Positions 12,545 to 25,849 of a stretch of DNA of 64,000 nt are shown here, one piece after another. A model generated the notes under the pieces. That model did no database searches and had not been told where the DNA came from. It worked only from the letters and a program-made list of their open reading frames with translations. Every line of letters begins with the position of its first letter. Position 1 is the first letter of the stretch. A program made the position numbers and the translations under genes. Source of the DNA: Centroscyllium fabricii (lineage: Eukaryota); contig JBNRSN020000018.1 in NCBI GenBank assembly GCA_051313645.2, positions 35,216,001-35,280,000 on the forward strand, in the 5' to 3' direction.

Positions 12545-15195
12545 ATAATACAGCTAGTTATTCTTTGTAGTGGTTTGATACAACGGAGTGGCTCGCTGGA
12601 CCATTTCAGAGGGAAGTTAAGACTTAGCTACATTGCTTTGTGCCTGGAGTCACATGTAGGCCAGACCAGGCAAGGACAGCAGATTTCCTTCCCTAAAGGA
12701 CATTAGTAAATCAGCTGGATTTTTACAGCAAGACAGCTTCATGGTCACTTTTATTGATACTATCCCTCCAACCCCTTTTCCCTCATCCACCTGTCCAATC
12801 TAATCTTGAATGTTGACGGTCTCTGCCTCAACCCTAACCCTGGAATAAATTCCACAACCTCAACTGTGTGGGGTTGCGGGGATAGGGTGGGACATGTGTC
12901 GGTGCAGGCTCGATAGGGATCGAGGGATATGGGGAGAGGGCAGGGATGGTGCTGGGTTTGGATGATCAGCCATGATCTCATTGAATGGCGGAGCAGGCTC
13001 GAAGGGCCAAGTGGCCTCCTCCTGCTCCTATCTTCTATGTTTCTAACTCCAGCTAAGATGAGCTCATTTTCAAAGCTGAGGGACCAAACCTGGGTCCTTA
13101 TTTATCTGTTGGGCCCAGTATTCACTTCTTCAACCAGATGAGCCATCAAGGGAGCCAAGAGGCCATTAACATGATTAGAAAGTACTGCAGGGACTTTCAT
13201 GGCTGATTGGGCCCGAGGACCCAATGTCCACTCTCTAGGAAGGTTTTTTTTTTTTTTTTTTTAAGTTCCTGCTTCAACAACCTATTTTTTGTATAAGACC
13301 CATAAGTTAAACAACTCTGTTCATAACGTGCTTAACATTGAATGTGACCAAAGAAAAAAAAATGAAAACCAAGAGAGACAGTTTCACATTTGTTCAAAGG
13401 TTGCAGCAGTGATCACCATCCTCAGATGTGCCTGCTGCTGGAATTGTGGGAACCATAATAAAATTTGCACTTACAACTCATGGTAACTGCAACAGAGATG
13501 GATTCCTGCTCACTGCATGCAACAAGCTCAGTACCTTGGTTATTCTTACATCCGGTGAGCACAGTTGGATTTAATTGCACCAAAGGTTAGATAGAACACC
13601 CAATAGAATCCTAAAATGACACCCAGGGAATATGAAAAAAAAACCTCACCGTTAAAGACCAAGCCACACGACTAAGAAATACAGATGAGGATGACTGAAC
13701 TGACATGGGCCAAATAGTCATTTAAAAATCTTCCAATTGACCAACTGCTGACTCCCCCCCCCCCCCCCCCCACCCCCCTCCCCCCCCCCCCACCCACAAC
13801 CACCCCCCCCCACCCACAACCACCCAATTACTCTAACTGCAAGCCCTTACTGGGTACTCAGCCTTGGCTCAGTGGGCAGCGCTCTCCCCCCGCAGAGTCA
13901 GGTTATGGGTTCAAGTCCCCCTCCAGCGACTGGAGCACAAAATCCAGGACAACCTCCCCCCCCACAGCGCAGTACTGAGGGAGCGCTGCACTGGTCAGAA
14001 GTGGCATCTTTCTGAAGAGACGTTAAACAGAGACCCTGACATCCCGCTCAGGTGGACGCAAAAGATCAATGATGAGCAGGGGAGATCTTCCTGGTGTCTT
14101 GGTCAATATTCATCCTTCAACCAACAGAACAGATTATCTGGTCATTATCACATTGCAGGTTGTGGGAGCTTGCTGTGCACAATTTGGCTGCCACATTTCA
14201 AGTACTTCATTGGCTGGAAAGTGCTTTGGGACAGCCTGAGGTTGTGAAAGGCACTATATAAATGCAAGTCTTTCTTTCATTACATCAAAAACTCCCTGGT
14301 TGTGTTCCAAAGGTTGTCATTTTGAAAGACTAGCCCATCCATTCGATTTGCAGCCCGTATTTAATTAGCCGCTGACTCATGAACAAATGATTGTGAAATG
14401 TTGATGGGAATGCAGCAATAGCAATCACCATTCCCCTTCAGCTGGAACCTAGAGTCTGCAGCAGTGTGGCAATATTTGGAGGGTATCCCCCACACACGTT
14501 TGAAAAGGCAACTGTTCCACCGTGAACTCTTGGCAATTCAAAATTGGATTTGCACTCAAATGTTTTAAATATCCAATAACTTGGCATTTTAAGCAGCAGA
14601 CTGGAAATTCAGTGCAAAAAAAAAATTGTAGGAGATAATTTGAATATGAATGACTTTGAATAAGGAGGAGGCCACTTAGTGGTTTGTAAGTTGCATCAAG
14701 ATCAGACTTGGGCACCATATAGGCAGATACAGTTCCTCCAAACCACCATATAAAACAAACATTCAGCCACTGTGCTGCCAAAAGATCAAGGTACAGAATC
14801 TGACCTCAAGACTCACACTCCCCCCTCCAATCAGTCAGTCATGACACCAGCACCAGTGACTCACGGCTGGTAAAATTACTAACAATCCAAGCACAAGTTA
14901 GAACATTCCAGTATTTTCTGCACCACTTGCACTCCCAGACAAGATAGAAGAAAATGCCACTATTATGTGCATAGATTGTCTGTTCACACAACAATTACCT
15001 CATTTAGAGGCAATCAACCAGCTTTCATTCTCCCTCCTCCCCTATTACACAAAAAGTCTCCTACTCTAACTCATTTACCTGCAAGACTTCAAAAACCTCT
15101 CCTGCTTCAAACAAGCTCCTGCTTGGCTCCACCTGAACTCTACTTCCCAAATAACTTTTTTCTTACCCGTTGACCTTAAGTGACCTGCACTGTGG

Positions 15196-15584
15196 TTAAA
15201 ACATAGAAACTAGAAGAAGGAGTAGGCCATTCGGCCCTTCGAGCCTGCTCCGCCATTCAATGAGATCATGGCTGATCATCCAAACCCAGCACCCCGCCCT
15301 TGCCCCCTCCCCACATCCCTTGATCCCCACCGACACACATCCCACCCCACCCCCGTAACCCCACACATTTAATCCCCCTAACACTAAGGGTCAATTTATC
15401 CTGGCCAATCAACCTAACCCGCACATCTTTGGACTGTGGGAGGAAACCGGAGCACCCGGAGGAAACCCACGCAGACACGGGGAGAATGTGCAAACTCCAC
15501 ACAGATAGTACCCGAGGCTGGATTTGAACCCGGGTCTCCAGTGCTGTGAGGCAGCAGTGCTAAGCATTGTGCCACCGTGCCGCC
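15196..15584 (-). mobile_element. HE1-type V-SINE, full length
   Basis: tRNA-like A/B boxes, V-domain (GGTTTCCTCCGGGTGCTCCGGTTTCCTCCCAC) and CR1 tail. Partial copies at ~12865-13045, 30645-30890 and 59533-59775. Confidence 0.9.
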
Positions 15585-15885
15585 TGGTTCTACCACCTTT
15601 GCAAGCAGTGCACTCCAGATCACAACAAAAACATTCTCCTCATTCCCCTCCCCCTCTGGTTCTTTTGCCAATTATCTTTCAATTGGTGCCCCCTCTGGTT
15701 TATAGACCCCCGGTATTAAATTGAGAATACAGCACAGAAAGAGGTCATGCAGCACTTCGTGCTTGTGTTGGCTCTTATCAAAGAGCAGTCGTGTTTAGTT
15801 CCACCACCACCGCCCCCCTGCTTTTTGTCCCTAACCCTGCGAGTTCGTCGCCCTCAAGGACCTGCCCAACTCCCCTTCAAAATTA

Positions 15886-16384
15886 AAGTCACAACACCAG
15901 GTTATAGACCAACAGCTTTATTTGACAAAGGAGCAGCGCTCCAAAAGCTTGAGATTTCTAACCCGCCTGACGTAGTCATCCAGACTCGGTTCATCTTTGT
16001 CTTGTTTGCTGCGGCGATTTCCAGTAAGGAAAATCCTTTTTTTTTTAAAAATCATTGTGTGTTTTCACAGACACAAGACTGCAACATTTGACCCTTTGTG
16101 ACTATACTAAATTGATCTCAGACTGGTGCCTGATTAATATGTTAAAATGTTAAAACACCTTTGTCTGCTCTGTATGTCTCTGCTGAAGTGTGATGTTGGA
16201 GATTAGATTGCTCTCTCCCTTGTCTATGTGCTGTCTTTAGATGAACTTCTCTTTCACCGGAGGAAGGAGTAGCACTCCAAAAGCTTGTGATTTCTAATAA
16301 AGCTGTTGGACTATAACCTGGTGTTGTGTGACTTCTTACAATTGTCCACCCCAGTCCAACACCGGCACCTCTCCACATCATGGC
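15886..16384. mobile_element. Penelope terminal-repeat insertion (inverted start plus tandem termini)
   Basis: Same AAGTCACAACACCAGGTTATAG / CCAACACCGGCACCTC termini, with degenerate hammerhead cores. Confidence 0.7.
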
Positions 16385-16638
16385 TTCCAAAATTAGTTAT
16401 GGAACCAGCTTCCACAACCTTTTCCCAGGTAGAGCATTCTAAAACTATGATACATACATCTAAAGGATATTAAATGAAAATTGTTTTAAAAAATTGAGGA
16501 AGAGGGAATAATCTGGAGGAAAAAAAGAATCTAGACAGAAATCTGCTCCAATTCTCACAGCAACCTGCGGGGGTCGGCGAGAAGCTGTCCGCGCCGCCTG
16601 ACGGGAGGGCGAGGCAAGGTTACACTGAGGCTCCTTAC

Positions 16639-16680
16639 TCAACGCGTCCTGGGTGCTCCGTCTCCGCACGCCCACCTCCG

Positions 16681-16715
<35 letters not shown>

Positions 16716-16750
16716 GGCTCTTGCTCCTGTTCTTGCTCGATTTCCGACAT
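16639..16750 (-). CDS. cax1: cax1-like first coding exon (EQ-repeat N-terminus)
   Basis: ATG at 16750 inside a CpG island. MSEIEQEQEQEPEQEQEQEQEQEPEVGVRRRSTQDAL then A|gtaagg donor in phase 1, compatible with the downstream exons. Confidence 0.8.
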
Positions 16751-16849
16751 GACTGAAGGCCGGTGGTGCGGGTAGCTGCTGGTCTGCGAGCCCTACCCGG
16801 ACAGGGACGAGGAGGCAGCACCTGGCGCACCACCTGCTGCCGTCCGCTT

Positions 16850-16985
16850 TAAGCCCGCCTCCTCCTCTGTAAGCAACTGCGCATGTGCCGCTCGCCAGCC
16901 ACGCGCCCGCCCGCCCCGCAATGCCCCCTGGGGGTTGTAGTCCACTGCTGCCCCGCGGTGCATTCTGTGAGTTGTAGTCCGCCAA
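16850..16985 (-). promoter_or_regulatory. cax1-like CpG-island promoter with two ZNF143/SBS motifs, an NRF1-like site and GC boxes
   Basis: Minus strand GGACTACAACTCACAGAATGCACCGCGG (~16953-16980) and GGACTACAACCCCCAGGGGGCATTGCGG (~16915-16943). TGCGCATGTGC at ~16878. GGGCGG repeats. Confidence 0.75.
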
Positions 16986-17010
16986 CTTTTTTAAAAACTC
17001 GTTCCTGGCG

Positions 17011-17308
17011 ATAATAATAATAATAATTCAACTTTATTGTCATTATACAATGTACAAGTACATGAACAACGAAATGTGATCTTGCAAGCTCCCAAGAGTC
17101 CAGCAAAGCCGCTGCGTCTGTGCGCGCCGCCATTCCATCTTTCCACCATTCCAACAATCTTCAGCCAACCGCCCCTCCCAGGGGCTCCTTTCGTGACCTT
17201 CTGCACCTGGCATTCCCTGGTGGTCACCCATCCAAGTACTAACCAGGCCTGGCTTTGCTTAGCTTCCAAGCCTTGCCAGTGACCCTGTCCCTAGTCCCAG
17301 GAACAGGC
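17011..17308 (-). mobile_element. 5S-rRNA-derived SINE, copy 2
   Basis: Closely similar to copies 1 and 3 in reverse orientation, with a (TTA)n tail. Confidence 0.85.
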
Positions 17309-17324
17309 TGGTAAAATTGCCCCA

Positions 17325-17690
17325 GAGAGATTACAAGATTCTGAAGGGGATTGACGGGGTAGATGCAGAGAGGCTGTTTCCCCTGGCTGGATTGTCTAGA
17401 ACAAATGGGCATAGTCTCAGGATAAGGGTTAGGCCATTTAAGACTGAGATGAGGAGGAATTTCTTCACTCAGAGGGTTGTGAATCTTTGGAATTCTCTGC
17501 CCCCGAGGGCTGTGAATGCGGAGTCTTTGAGCATATTCAAGGCTGAGAGCGATAGATTTTTGGGCTTTAAGGGAATCAAGGGATATGGAGATCGTTCAGG
17601 AAAGTGGAGTTGAGATTAGATGATCAGCTATGATCTTAGTGAATGAGCTCGAGGGGCCAAACGACCTACTCTTATTTCTTATGTTCTTAT
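17325..17690 (+). mobile_element. CR1-type LINE 3' fragment
   Basis: YKILKG.D.VDAERLFPL...RNFFTQRVVNLWNSLP plus tail. Confidence 0.85.
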
Positions 17691-17724
17691 GAGAAGGTGG
17701 TGGTGGGCTGCCTTCTTGAATTGC

Positions 17725-17965
17725 CATGATGTGGAGGTGCCGGTGTTGGACTGGGGTGGACAAATGCAAGAAGTCACACAACACCAGGTTATAGTCCAAC
17801 AGTTTTATTTTCAATCACAAGCTTTCGGAGCGCTGCTCCTTCCTCAGGTGAAAGAGAAGTTGATTTAAAGAAGTTCTTTCACCTGAGGAAGGAGCAGCGC
17901 TCGGAAAGCTTGTGATTTAAAATAAAACTGTTGGACTATCACCTGGTGTTGTGCGACTTCTTGCA
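17725..17965. mobile_element. Fold-back Penelope terminal-repeat insertion with hammerhead cores
   Basis: Inverted arms of ~95 bp. 12-bp TSD TTCTTGAATTGC. TTTCAC-CTGAGGA-..-GAAAGCTT-GTGA. Confidence 0.85.
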
Positions 17966-18822
17966 TTCTTGAATTGCTGCAGTCCGTGTGATGACGGTAC
18001 TCCCACAGTGCTGTTAGGGAGGGAGTTCCAGGATTTTGACCCAGCGACGATGAAGGAACGGTAAAATATTTCCAAGACAGGATGGTGTGTGACTTGGAGG
18101 GGAACTTGGAGGTGGTGGTGTTCCCACACGTCTGCTGCCCTTGTCCTTCTATGTGGTAGAGGTCGTGGATTTGGGAGGTGCTGTCAAAGAAGCTTTGGCG
18201 AGTTGCTGCAGTGCCTCTTGTCGATGGTATCCTTGCTTCAGAAGGGGTCAAAAAGACTGCAACCTGCCAGCCCAGCTGCTTCCAGAGTTGTTGCTGCACT
18301 GATTATAATTGTGGGAATGGGGGGAGTGTTTTGTACCTAAAACTTGTTATCACCCCAACAAACAAATAAAACCTGTATTTGGCCAAACTTTCTCTGCTGC
18401 ACTCAAAAAAAGAGAAATTGGCAATGCTGGAAATCTGAAATCAAAACAGAAATTGCTGGAAAGACACAGCAGGTAGATTAGCATCAGATTGAGAAGGAGA
18501 AGTGTTTTCTTTCTGTAGGGGAGAGGGAAGGAGCTGAGTCTGCGTGCAGGCTTTATTTTATTGCATGCAAGCCGAAAAGAATAATTACACACGCATGCTA
18601 TTTTAAGAATCTCAGAGCTCCACACACTTCCTGTTAAGTTTTTCATTATAAATTTCTATGTCCATATTTATAATGGAACTGCCTATGTAAAATTTCATAG
18701 AATTATACAGCAAAGAAGGAGGTCTTGCAGCCCATCATGCCTGCTCTTTGAAAGAGATATCCAATTAGTTCCACTTCCCTGCCCTTTCCCCATAGCCCAG
18801 CAAATGTTTCCTTTTTCAAGTA

Positions 18823-19178
18823 CAGGTCCGACACCATTAATCCGGCATGGTCGGGACCAGGCCGGTGCTGAATTCGTGAAAAATCCAAACGATTGAAGCT
18901 TCGGTGAGCGCATGCGCAGACCATTCAAAATGGCCAGCGCGAAGCATTTTGAATGGCCTGCGCATGCGCTCGCCAAAGCATCAGTCGCTCGGGGAGGCCC
19001 GGGCATACGCAGCCAAGCGCGGCGGCCATTTTGCACATGTGCAGACCAGTCTGGCAGTCGGAGAGAGGCCCGCAAGCGCGGTGGCGATTTTGCGCATGCG
19101 CAGACCAGTCGGCCGGATTCATTCCGGACGACTGAAGTTAGCGTATTACCGGTGTCGGGATTAACGGTGCTCAACCTG
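18823..19178 (+). mobile_element. pogo/Tigger-like MITE, copy A (no cargo)
   Basis: TA TSD. TIRs CAGGTCCGACACCATTAATCC / GGATTAACGGTGCTCAACCTG. Internal GCGCATGCGC and CAAAATGGC repeats. Splits a CR1 3' fragment. Confidence 0.9.
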
Positions 19179-20016
19179 TATTTATCCAATTCCCTTCTGA
19201 AAGTTACTATTGAATCTGCTTCCACCGTTCCTTCAGGCAGTGCATTCCAGATCACAACTCCCTGCCAGCAGCAGCAATATCCATCGAATCCTTTTATTTT
19301 GAACACTTAATTAGATCACCAAAATAAACCCCAGAGTACTGATTTTATGGTCTTGTCCTCACTTTCATATTCCTCCAGGGCCTCACGCCCTCCTAACCCC
19401 ACAATCTCCTGCAGCCCTATAACCCTGTATGCACCCTCCAACAGCCCACTTCTTTCTCCCCACTCCACTGCGATTTACTCACCCCTCCCCTGGAACTCTT
19501 TCCTTCTCAACAACGCCGCCTTCAGAAACCGAAGATCTTCCTTTTCAAACATACTTTTGGCTCCCACTGGCCTTTTTCTATTTTCTCACCCCTGCTTGGT
19601 AGCCATTCACCATCAAGAAATCCAATAGGGAATTCAGAAGTATCTTCTTTACCCAAAGAGTGGTGAGAATGTGGAACTCACTACCACAGTGAGTGGTTGA
19701 AGCAAATATTACAGAGCATTTAAGGGGAGGCTAGACAAGCATACGAGGGAGGGGAATAGAGGATTATGTTGGTAGTGTTAGATGAGGCTCGAGTGGAACA
19801 TAAACGCTGGCATGGACTGAATGCACTGTTTCTGTGCCGTATATCCTGTACAACTCTATGAATCGACTGCCCTGTAAACCACTCGGAGAGGTCTCTTTAT
19901 ACGAGTGCTAGAGAAAGTACGTTGCTGTTGATATCCTACACCATGTGGGGGATCAAAACTGAATGCAATAGCCCAAGTCTGAATGTATCAGAATCTTATA
20001 CAACCTATAGTTGTAA

Positions 20017-20640
20017 GAAGTCACACACCACCAGGTTATAGTCCAAGTTTTATTTGAAATCACAAGCTTTCGGAACGTTGCTCCATCATCAGGTGTACTA
20101 GAGATGCATAAAGACACAGCATATAAGCATGTAATCTTTCCAATTGCCCTTCATCACACCTCGGCAGAGACATATTCATAGCTATCAAAGGTGTGAATGG
20201 TGTTCAAACAGGTCAGTCAGGCAAGGCACCATCCGAAGAACAATGAAATGGAGTCACAAAGGGTCAAATGTTGCAGAGTCTGGGGTCTGTGAGAAAACCA
20301 ACACAGAACAATTAAAAAAAAGATTTTTCTTGCTGGAAATCGCAGCCGGTACAGCCGCATCTGTGTCGTGAGGACAAGCCAAAGACGACTCGTGTCTGGA
20401 TGACAACACGTCAGGTGGGGTTACATGTAGTGTCACATGAAGCCAAGATCCCAGTTGAGGCCGTGCTCATGAGTGTGGAACTTGGCTATCAGTTTCTGCT
20501 CGACGATTTTACGTTGTCGTGTGTCTCAAAGGCCGCCTTGGAGAATGCTTACCCGAAGATCGGAGGCTGAATGTTCTTGACTGCTGAAGTGTTCCCTGAC
20601 TGGGAGGGAACACTCCTGCCTGACGATTGTTGTGCGGTGT
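20017..20640 (-). mobile_element. Penelope-like element remnant (terminus plus endonuclease fragment)
   Basis: Terminal repeat with CTGATGA..GAAAGCTT core at ~20065-20095. Degraded endonuclease C-terminus at ~20430-20640. Confidence 0.65.
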
Positions 20641-21314
20641 CTGCTCGAGTGTTATTTAATTGGGGCCCAGTTTGCCGAAAGCCATTTCACACAGCTTGTG
20701 CATCTTTAATGAGTGACCATCTATTACCCACAGGTCTGTTTCTTTCATTGGCCACTCCTGGCAGAGATGTTTTCCAGGCCCATCCTGCTAGTTGCATTCT
20801 TTCCAGGTAAGGACCCCTACCCTCATTTTCTCACTCTTTAGGGGAAGTGTCAGCTTGGCTGTTAGTAGCGCTCCTGCCACCGAGACAGTAGCTTGTGATC
20901 TCAAACCCTACTACAGACTGAGCATATAATGTAGGCCGATATTTCGCTACAGTATCAAGGGAGTGCTAAAGAATTAGAGGTGCTGCGTTTTGGATAAGAT
21001 GGTAAACACCTGCTTGCTCAGGCGGATGTAAAAGATTCCCTCAAAAGAGCAAAGTTCTGCTCGTGTCTTGGTCAACATTCCTCCCATAACCAACACCACT
21101 AAAAACAGATTAATGGTTCATTTGCTGTTTGTGGGGTTATGCAGTGTACAAAATGGCTATCATATTTGCCTGCATAACAGTGGCTACACTTAAACACGAA
21201 TTCATTGGCTGTAAAGCACTTTGCGATGTCCTAGGATATCCTAAGTATAAATGCAGGCTAGGTTTTTTTAAATCATGTTTTTTACAAATCATGTTTCAGC
21301 CATTAGATGTTCCT

Positions 21315-22135
21315 AGAAATTTACAGTACAGGAGGAGGCCATTCAGCCGATTTTCTCCGTGCCGGCCGACAAAGAGCTATCCAGCCTAATCCCACTTTCT
21401 AGCACTTGGTCCATATCCTTGCAGGTTGCAGCACTTCAAGTGCATATCCAAGTACTTTTAAAATGTGATGAGCATTTCTGCCTCTACCACCCTTTCAGAC
21501 AGTGAGCTCCAGACCTCCACCATCTTCTGGGTGAAACAATTTCTCCTCAAATCCCCTCTAAACCTCCTACCAATTACTTTTTAAATCTATACCCCCCTGG
21601 TTATCAACCCCTCTGCTAAAGGGAAATAGTGTCCTTCCTACCCACTCTATCTCGGCCCCTCATAATTTTACACACCTCTATTAGGTCGCCCCTCAGCCAC
21701 CTGTCCCAAAGAAAACCCGTTTATCCAATCTTTCTTCATAGCTAAAATTCCTCAGCCCAGGCAACACCCTTGCAAATCTCCTCTGCACCCTCCGTAGTGC
21801 AATCTCATCTTTCCAGGTAATGTGGTGACCAGAACTGCACATAGTATTCTAGCTGCAGCCTAACTAGTGTTTTATACAGTTCAAGCATAACCCCCCACTG
21901 CTCGTATATTCAATGCCTCGGCTAATAAAGGCAAGTATCCTGTATGCCTTCTTAACCACCTTATCTACCTGCCCTGCTACCTTCAGGGATTTGTGCATAT
22001 GCACTCCAAGGTCCCACTGCTCCTCTGCACTTCTCAATGTCCGATCATTTAATGTGTATTCCCTTGCATTGTTAGCCCTCCCCAAATGCATTACCTCACA
22101 CTTCTCCGGATTGCATTCCATTTGCCACTGTTCCG
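21315..22135 (-). mobile_element. CR1-type LINE 3' fragment
   Basis: WQMECNPEKCEVMHLG...DLGVH..SLKV motif plus tail. Confidence 0.85.
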
Positions 22136-25100
22136 CGATGTATAGCAGTGGTTGAACTAGAACAAAATTAAACAATTGGACCCATCAAATTGTCCAGACT
22201 TTGTACATTCTAGCTTATCCTGAGCTGTAGCCTACCCCTTTAGGACCCGAGGGACATTTCTATATAAATACAATGATCCCAAAAAGTCATTGAGCAAGTC
22301 CAGAATTCAATGACCTCCTATCCCCACCTCACCTCCTGGAATTCACTAGCCTCAAAGGCGCTGCTACAACTAGCCAGAGGGGAAAATCGTCCAAAGTCTC
22401 CTGCTCGCAATCACTGTCCAGCGACCCTCACTGGAGGTTAGGACCAGGATCTGTTGTGTCCAAGTTTGCTGACACTCACCATCAAGGCTCACACGTGAAT
22501 GGCAGCCACTTGCATGAGTCACAGCATGGGCACTTAGCTCCCCCCAGCACTGTGCTCCAGCTCAAGAGTCAACACTTTCAAGAGAGGAGTGGAAAACAGC
22601 AAGAGAATGAAAACCTCTAGCCCGCTACTGTCTACGGGCAGCACTCCCCATTTCCATTGGGAACAATTGATCCTTGCAATCTATAGCGATCCCCAGCAAC
22701 ATCGGACACACTGCATCATGGTGATTTTTCACACTACTGTAGAATTGTTTCAGTTGGTTAGACATATGAATGTTTCGCTCTTAAATACTGGACCTATCAA
22801 AGGCTAAAACAGTTTAGAATGGAACTTCAATGGCCCGGAAACATTTAGAGAAGTATTGTGCAAGAAACTGTGCATGCTTGTCCAGTGAATAGGATCTTTC
22901 TCTTGTACCCAATGCAGCTAAAGAGCGAGGTTGGAGTGCAGCGATTGAGAGTCAGCCAGGGATGGAACTGCACCGAGAGCAGCTGCTCCAACTTCTAATT
23001 TCTGCAGCGTCTGTGCTTTGTTTATAAAAACGTTTGTTACATTTTAAGTACCAGAGCTGGACTTCCCACACTGGCATTTGTGAATAATTGGCCAACATTC
23101 TTGGTCACAGTCCCATCCAATTAAGGGTATTCTCCCTCTGGAATGCTGATGTTGCAGATCCAGCACCCCATACTATACCAGAGAAGGTGGGCAATTTCCA
23201 TTCTCCCTCTCCCCACGCCGGTTTAATGTTGCCACATTGATTGCTGGCAAGCAGCGTCAGCCGGTGTTGTTTGTCGCTCAGTTTACAATTCCATCCAACA
23301 CGGTCCCCTGCCACATGAAGACGTATCCCTTTGCTCTGCCCCATTTAGGACAGGCGGCCGCATCCCAGTTTGAATCAAATGCCGGATGAGAGGGGAAACC
23401 ATTGAGCATTAAAAAAAACCACTAGGAAACCAAGGGTATAAATATATACAAATTATTACAAATCTGTCAGATAGTTACAGCAGTAGGGAGGGGTCATGAT
23501 AGTTCCCAGTCAGATTGCAGAATCCCAAACTGTAAATCCACCATGCCCAACAAATCAAAATAGATCCCACACCTCAATAAACTGAACCACTGCCATCTCA
23601 ATTTATAAAAACAGAGGCAGAGTTCTACTCAAGACAAATGCTTATCGGTATCAAATTGAACATTTTCATAGCATCCCGACTCAGATTCTGCATATAGAGT
23701 AAAACTCCCTCTATCGTGGTCCATCAGGCTCTCCCAGGCCAGGCACTGCAGACACGGATGTAAAGCTCGCTACCATGTGCCTCAGTCCCAATCTCAGAAG
23801 AGTGCCCTCTATCACACCGGAAAGATATTTTTCCATATCCCACACCAGCCCATTCCAAGAAGCCTCTCTAAACAAGATTGCCAAATCATTTAATGTGCTT
23901 TACTTCGCCTGGGTGAAGGCACTGACTGCTGCTGGCGCATGTTCCACAGGCATCAGTCAGCCTCCAATACCTTGTTCACCCGTGGGACTGGGCAGCGATT
24001 GCAGCAGGACCCTTTCCCATCCATGCTCACTCACTTCTAGTAGGGGGTGACTGGGTCGTGATCAGGAGTGGGTCCCTGGCCCAAACCCAGTGCCAGGAGT
24101 CCAGCCAAAGTCAGCAGAGTCTGGGGCGCGAGGCGGGTGAGGACTTCCTGGTCTGTACAGCTCAGTTACAATCAACCAGCTGAGCCACTGAGGGAGCCCA
24201 AAACAAACTCTTGAAAAAGCTTGACCTCAACCCCACCAGCTGAGAGGGGGAAGTTAAAATAAGGTCATGGGTTCCTGCTTCTGATTCTTAAGTGAGCCCT
24301 GCTGGAAAGTGGACAGATTTGGCTCTGCTGCACTGCCGCACATGGTCAAATAGCCTGCTATCACGCACACCTGAAGAATGGCCACTTGGGTGAGATACAG
24401 GAGGGCGGCTGGTATTCAGGGCACCATACCCCAGGACAGATACAAGCTGCTTTCTTTAAACAGAGCCGCTCGCTTTAACACATCCCTTGAACTGAATCCC
24501 GAGACTATCCTGGTTTTCACTGACTTGGCGCAGTATTTTAAAAAAAATTAAAATATGTACAAACAGCAGCTGATTGCGCTGCAGGATCGCCACGGTCAAA
24601 ACAAAAAATCCTTAGTCAGTCAGTGGAACTTGCTCAGAGCAATATTAAAAAAATTAATGGTATATTTGTCGCTGATGGGCGAGTGATGATATGATAGGGA
24701 ATAGATCACAATTACAATATAGCCATCCATAGTGGGGTCCTAGACTGGCTTGAGTGGAGTCCCAGCACGAAATCCAGCATCGTCTGCTGCACCACTCCTT
24801 GCAGAACCAACTTAGCCCTGAATTGGGAGGTCGGGGTCAGGGAGGGGGGTCAGGATGAGCTCTGTGCCACCAGCCCAGATTAAATTCACAGAGGATCCTC
24901 ACAGCAGAGGAGGTGCCACTCATCCCATCAGTTTGAACTGATCCCAGAAGTGATTTTACGTCAATTATTTTTCATTGCCCACCTTCTCCCCATCCCAGGT
25001 GAAACCCACCAGCCTCTCTTTCACAGCCGCCTATTTTCATTCTCAGGCCGTGAAAGACACAACCCGACGCCCCAAATCACTGTCCTTCCTGCCGTACTTT

Positions 25101-25794
25101 ATAACCGGGCTGCCCAGCGTATCTCAAAACCCGAGTAAAAGGCCCAGCTTGGTTTTCAGTGACACCGCCAATTTATAAAAAGGGGCAGCACAGAATGAGA
25201 GGCGCTGAAGAAAGCAGGACTGAGTGTGTGAGGATTCCAGCAGTTTAAGGTATCACCACAGTCACCGTGCCCACAGAACGACAGCAGCAGGAAAAAAAAT
25301 GAATTCCGTCACCCCCCCCACCCTCGGACGCTCCATACAACGACTCTTCTCCCCAAACAGGAATTCTACAATCCCGACAGGAATTCATTCTGTTTTTCTA
25401 TAGCAAATACAGCATCATTTTGCTGCCTCCCACATACTTTGAAGATTATGAAAAGTGCACACTCGCTTCCATGCGTCAGTATAAAAGAAGTCCCTTTCTT
25501 CAAATGTTGGGACAGAGAAAGTGTTTTGCTTCTTAAGAAAGGAAACATTATAAAAAGGCGTGTCTCAGTATAGAAGCAGCTGCACTGCAGCCAGATACTC
25601 GGAGTGAGCACAGAGTGACTAGGCTGGCTTCGGAGTTTCTTTTCCAGAGTCCCGCACTTCTCAGTCAGGTGCCAGTATGAGAAAGGTCAAGTAAAAAGAA
25701 CTGTGGGGGATCAGGGGGTGGGGTGAGGGGTCAGATGCTGAATGGGTTCAGTTCCTCCGTGAATCAAACACAAATGTCTCCCGGCAACTGTTCC

Positions 25795-25849
25795 TTAGTC
25801 TCCAAAAATCCACAAAACGTTCACTCCAGACAAGCCCAGATTCACCCTT
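25795..25849 (-). CDS. TMEM209: TMEM209 exon 15 (last coding exon)
   Basis: ctttcacag then RVNLGLSGVNVLWIFGD-TAA, matching the TMEM209 C-terminus. Confidence 0.95.

Noticed and set aside
22200-25794. Precise 3' end of the TMEM209 3' UTR
   Set aside because: A long UTR is plausible, but only weak ATTAAA candidates (~23222, ~23890) were seen, so it was not annotated.
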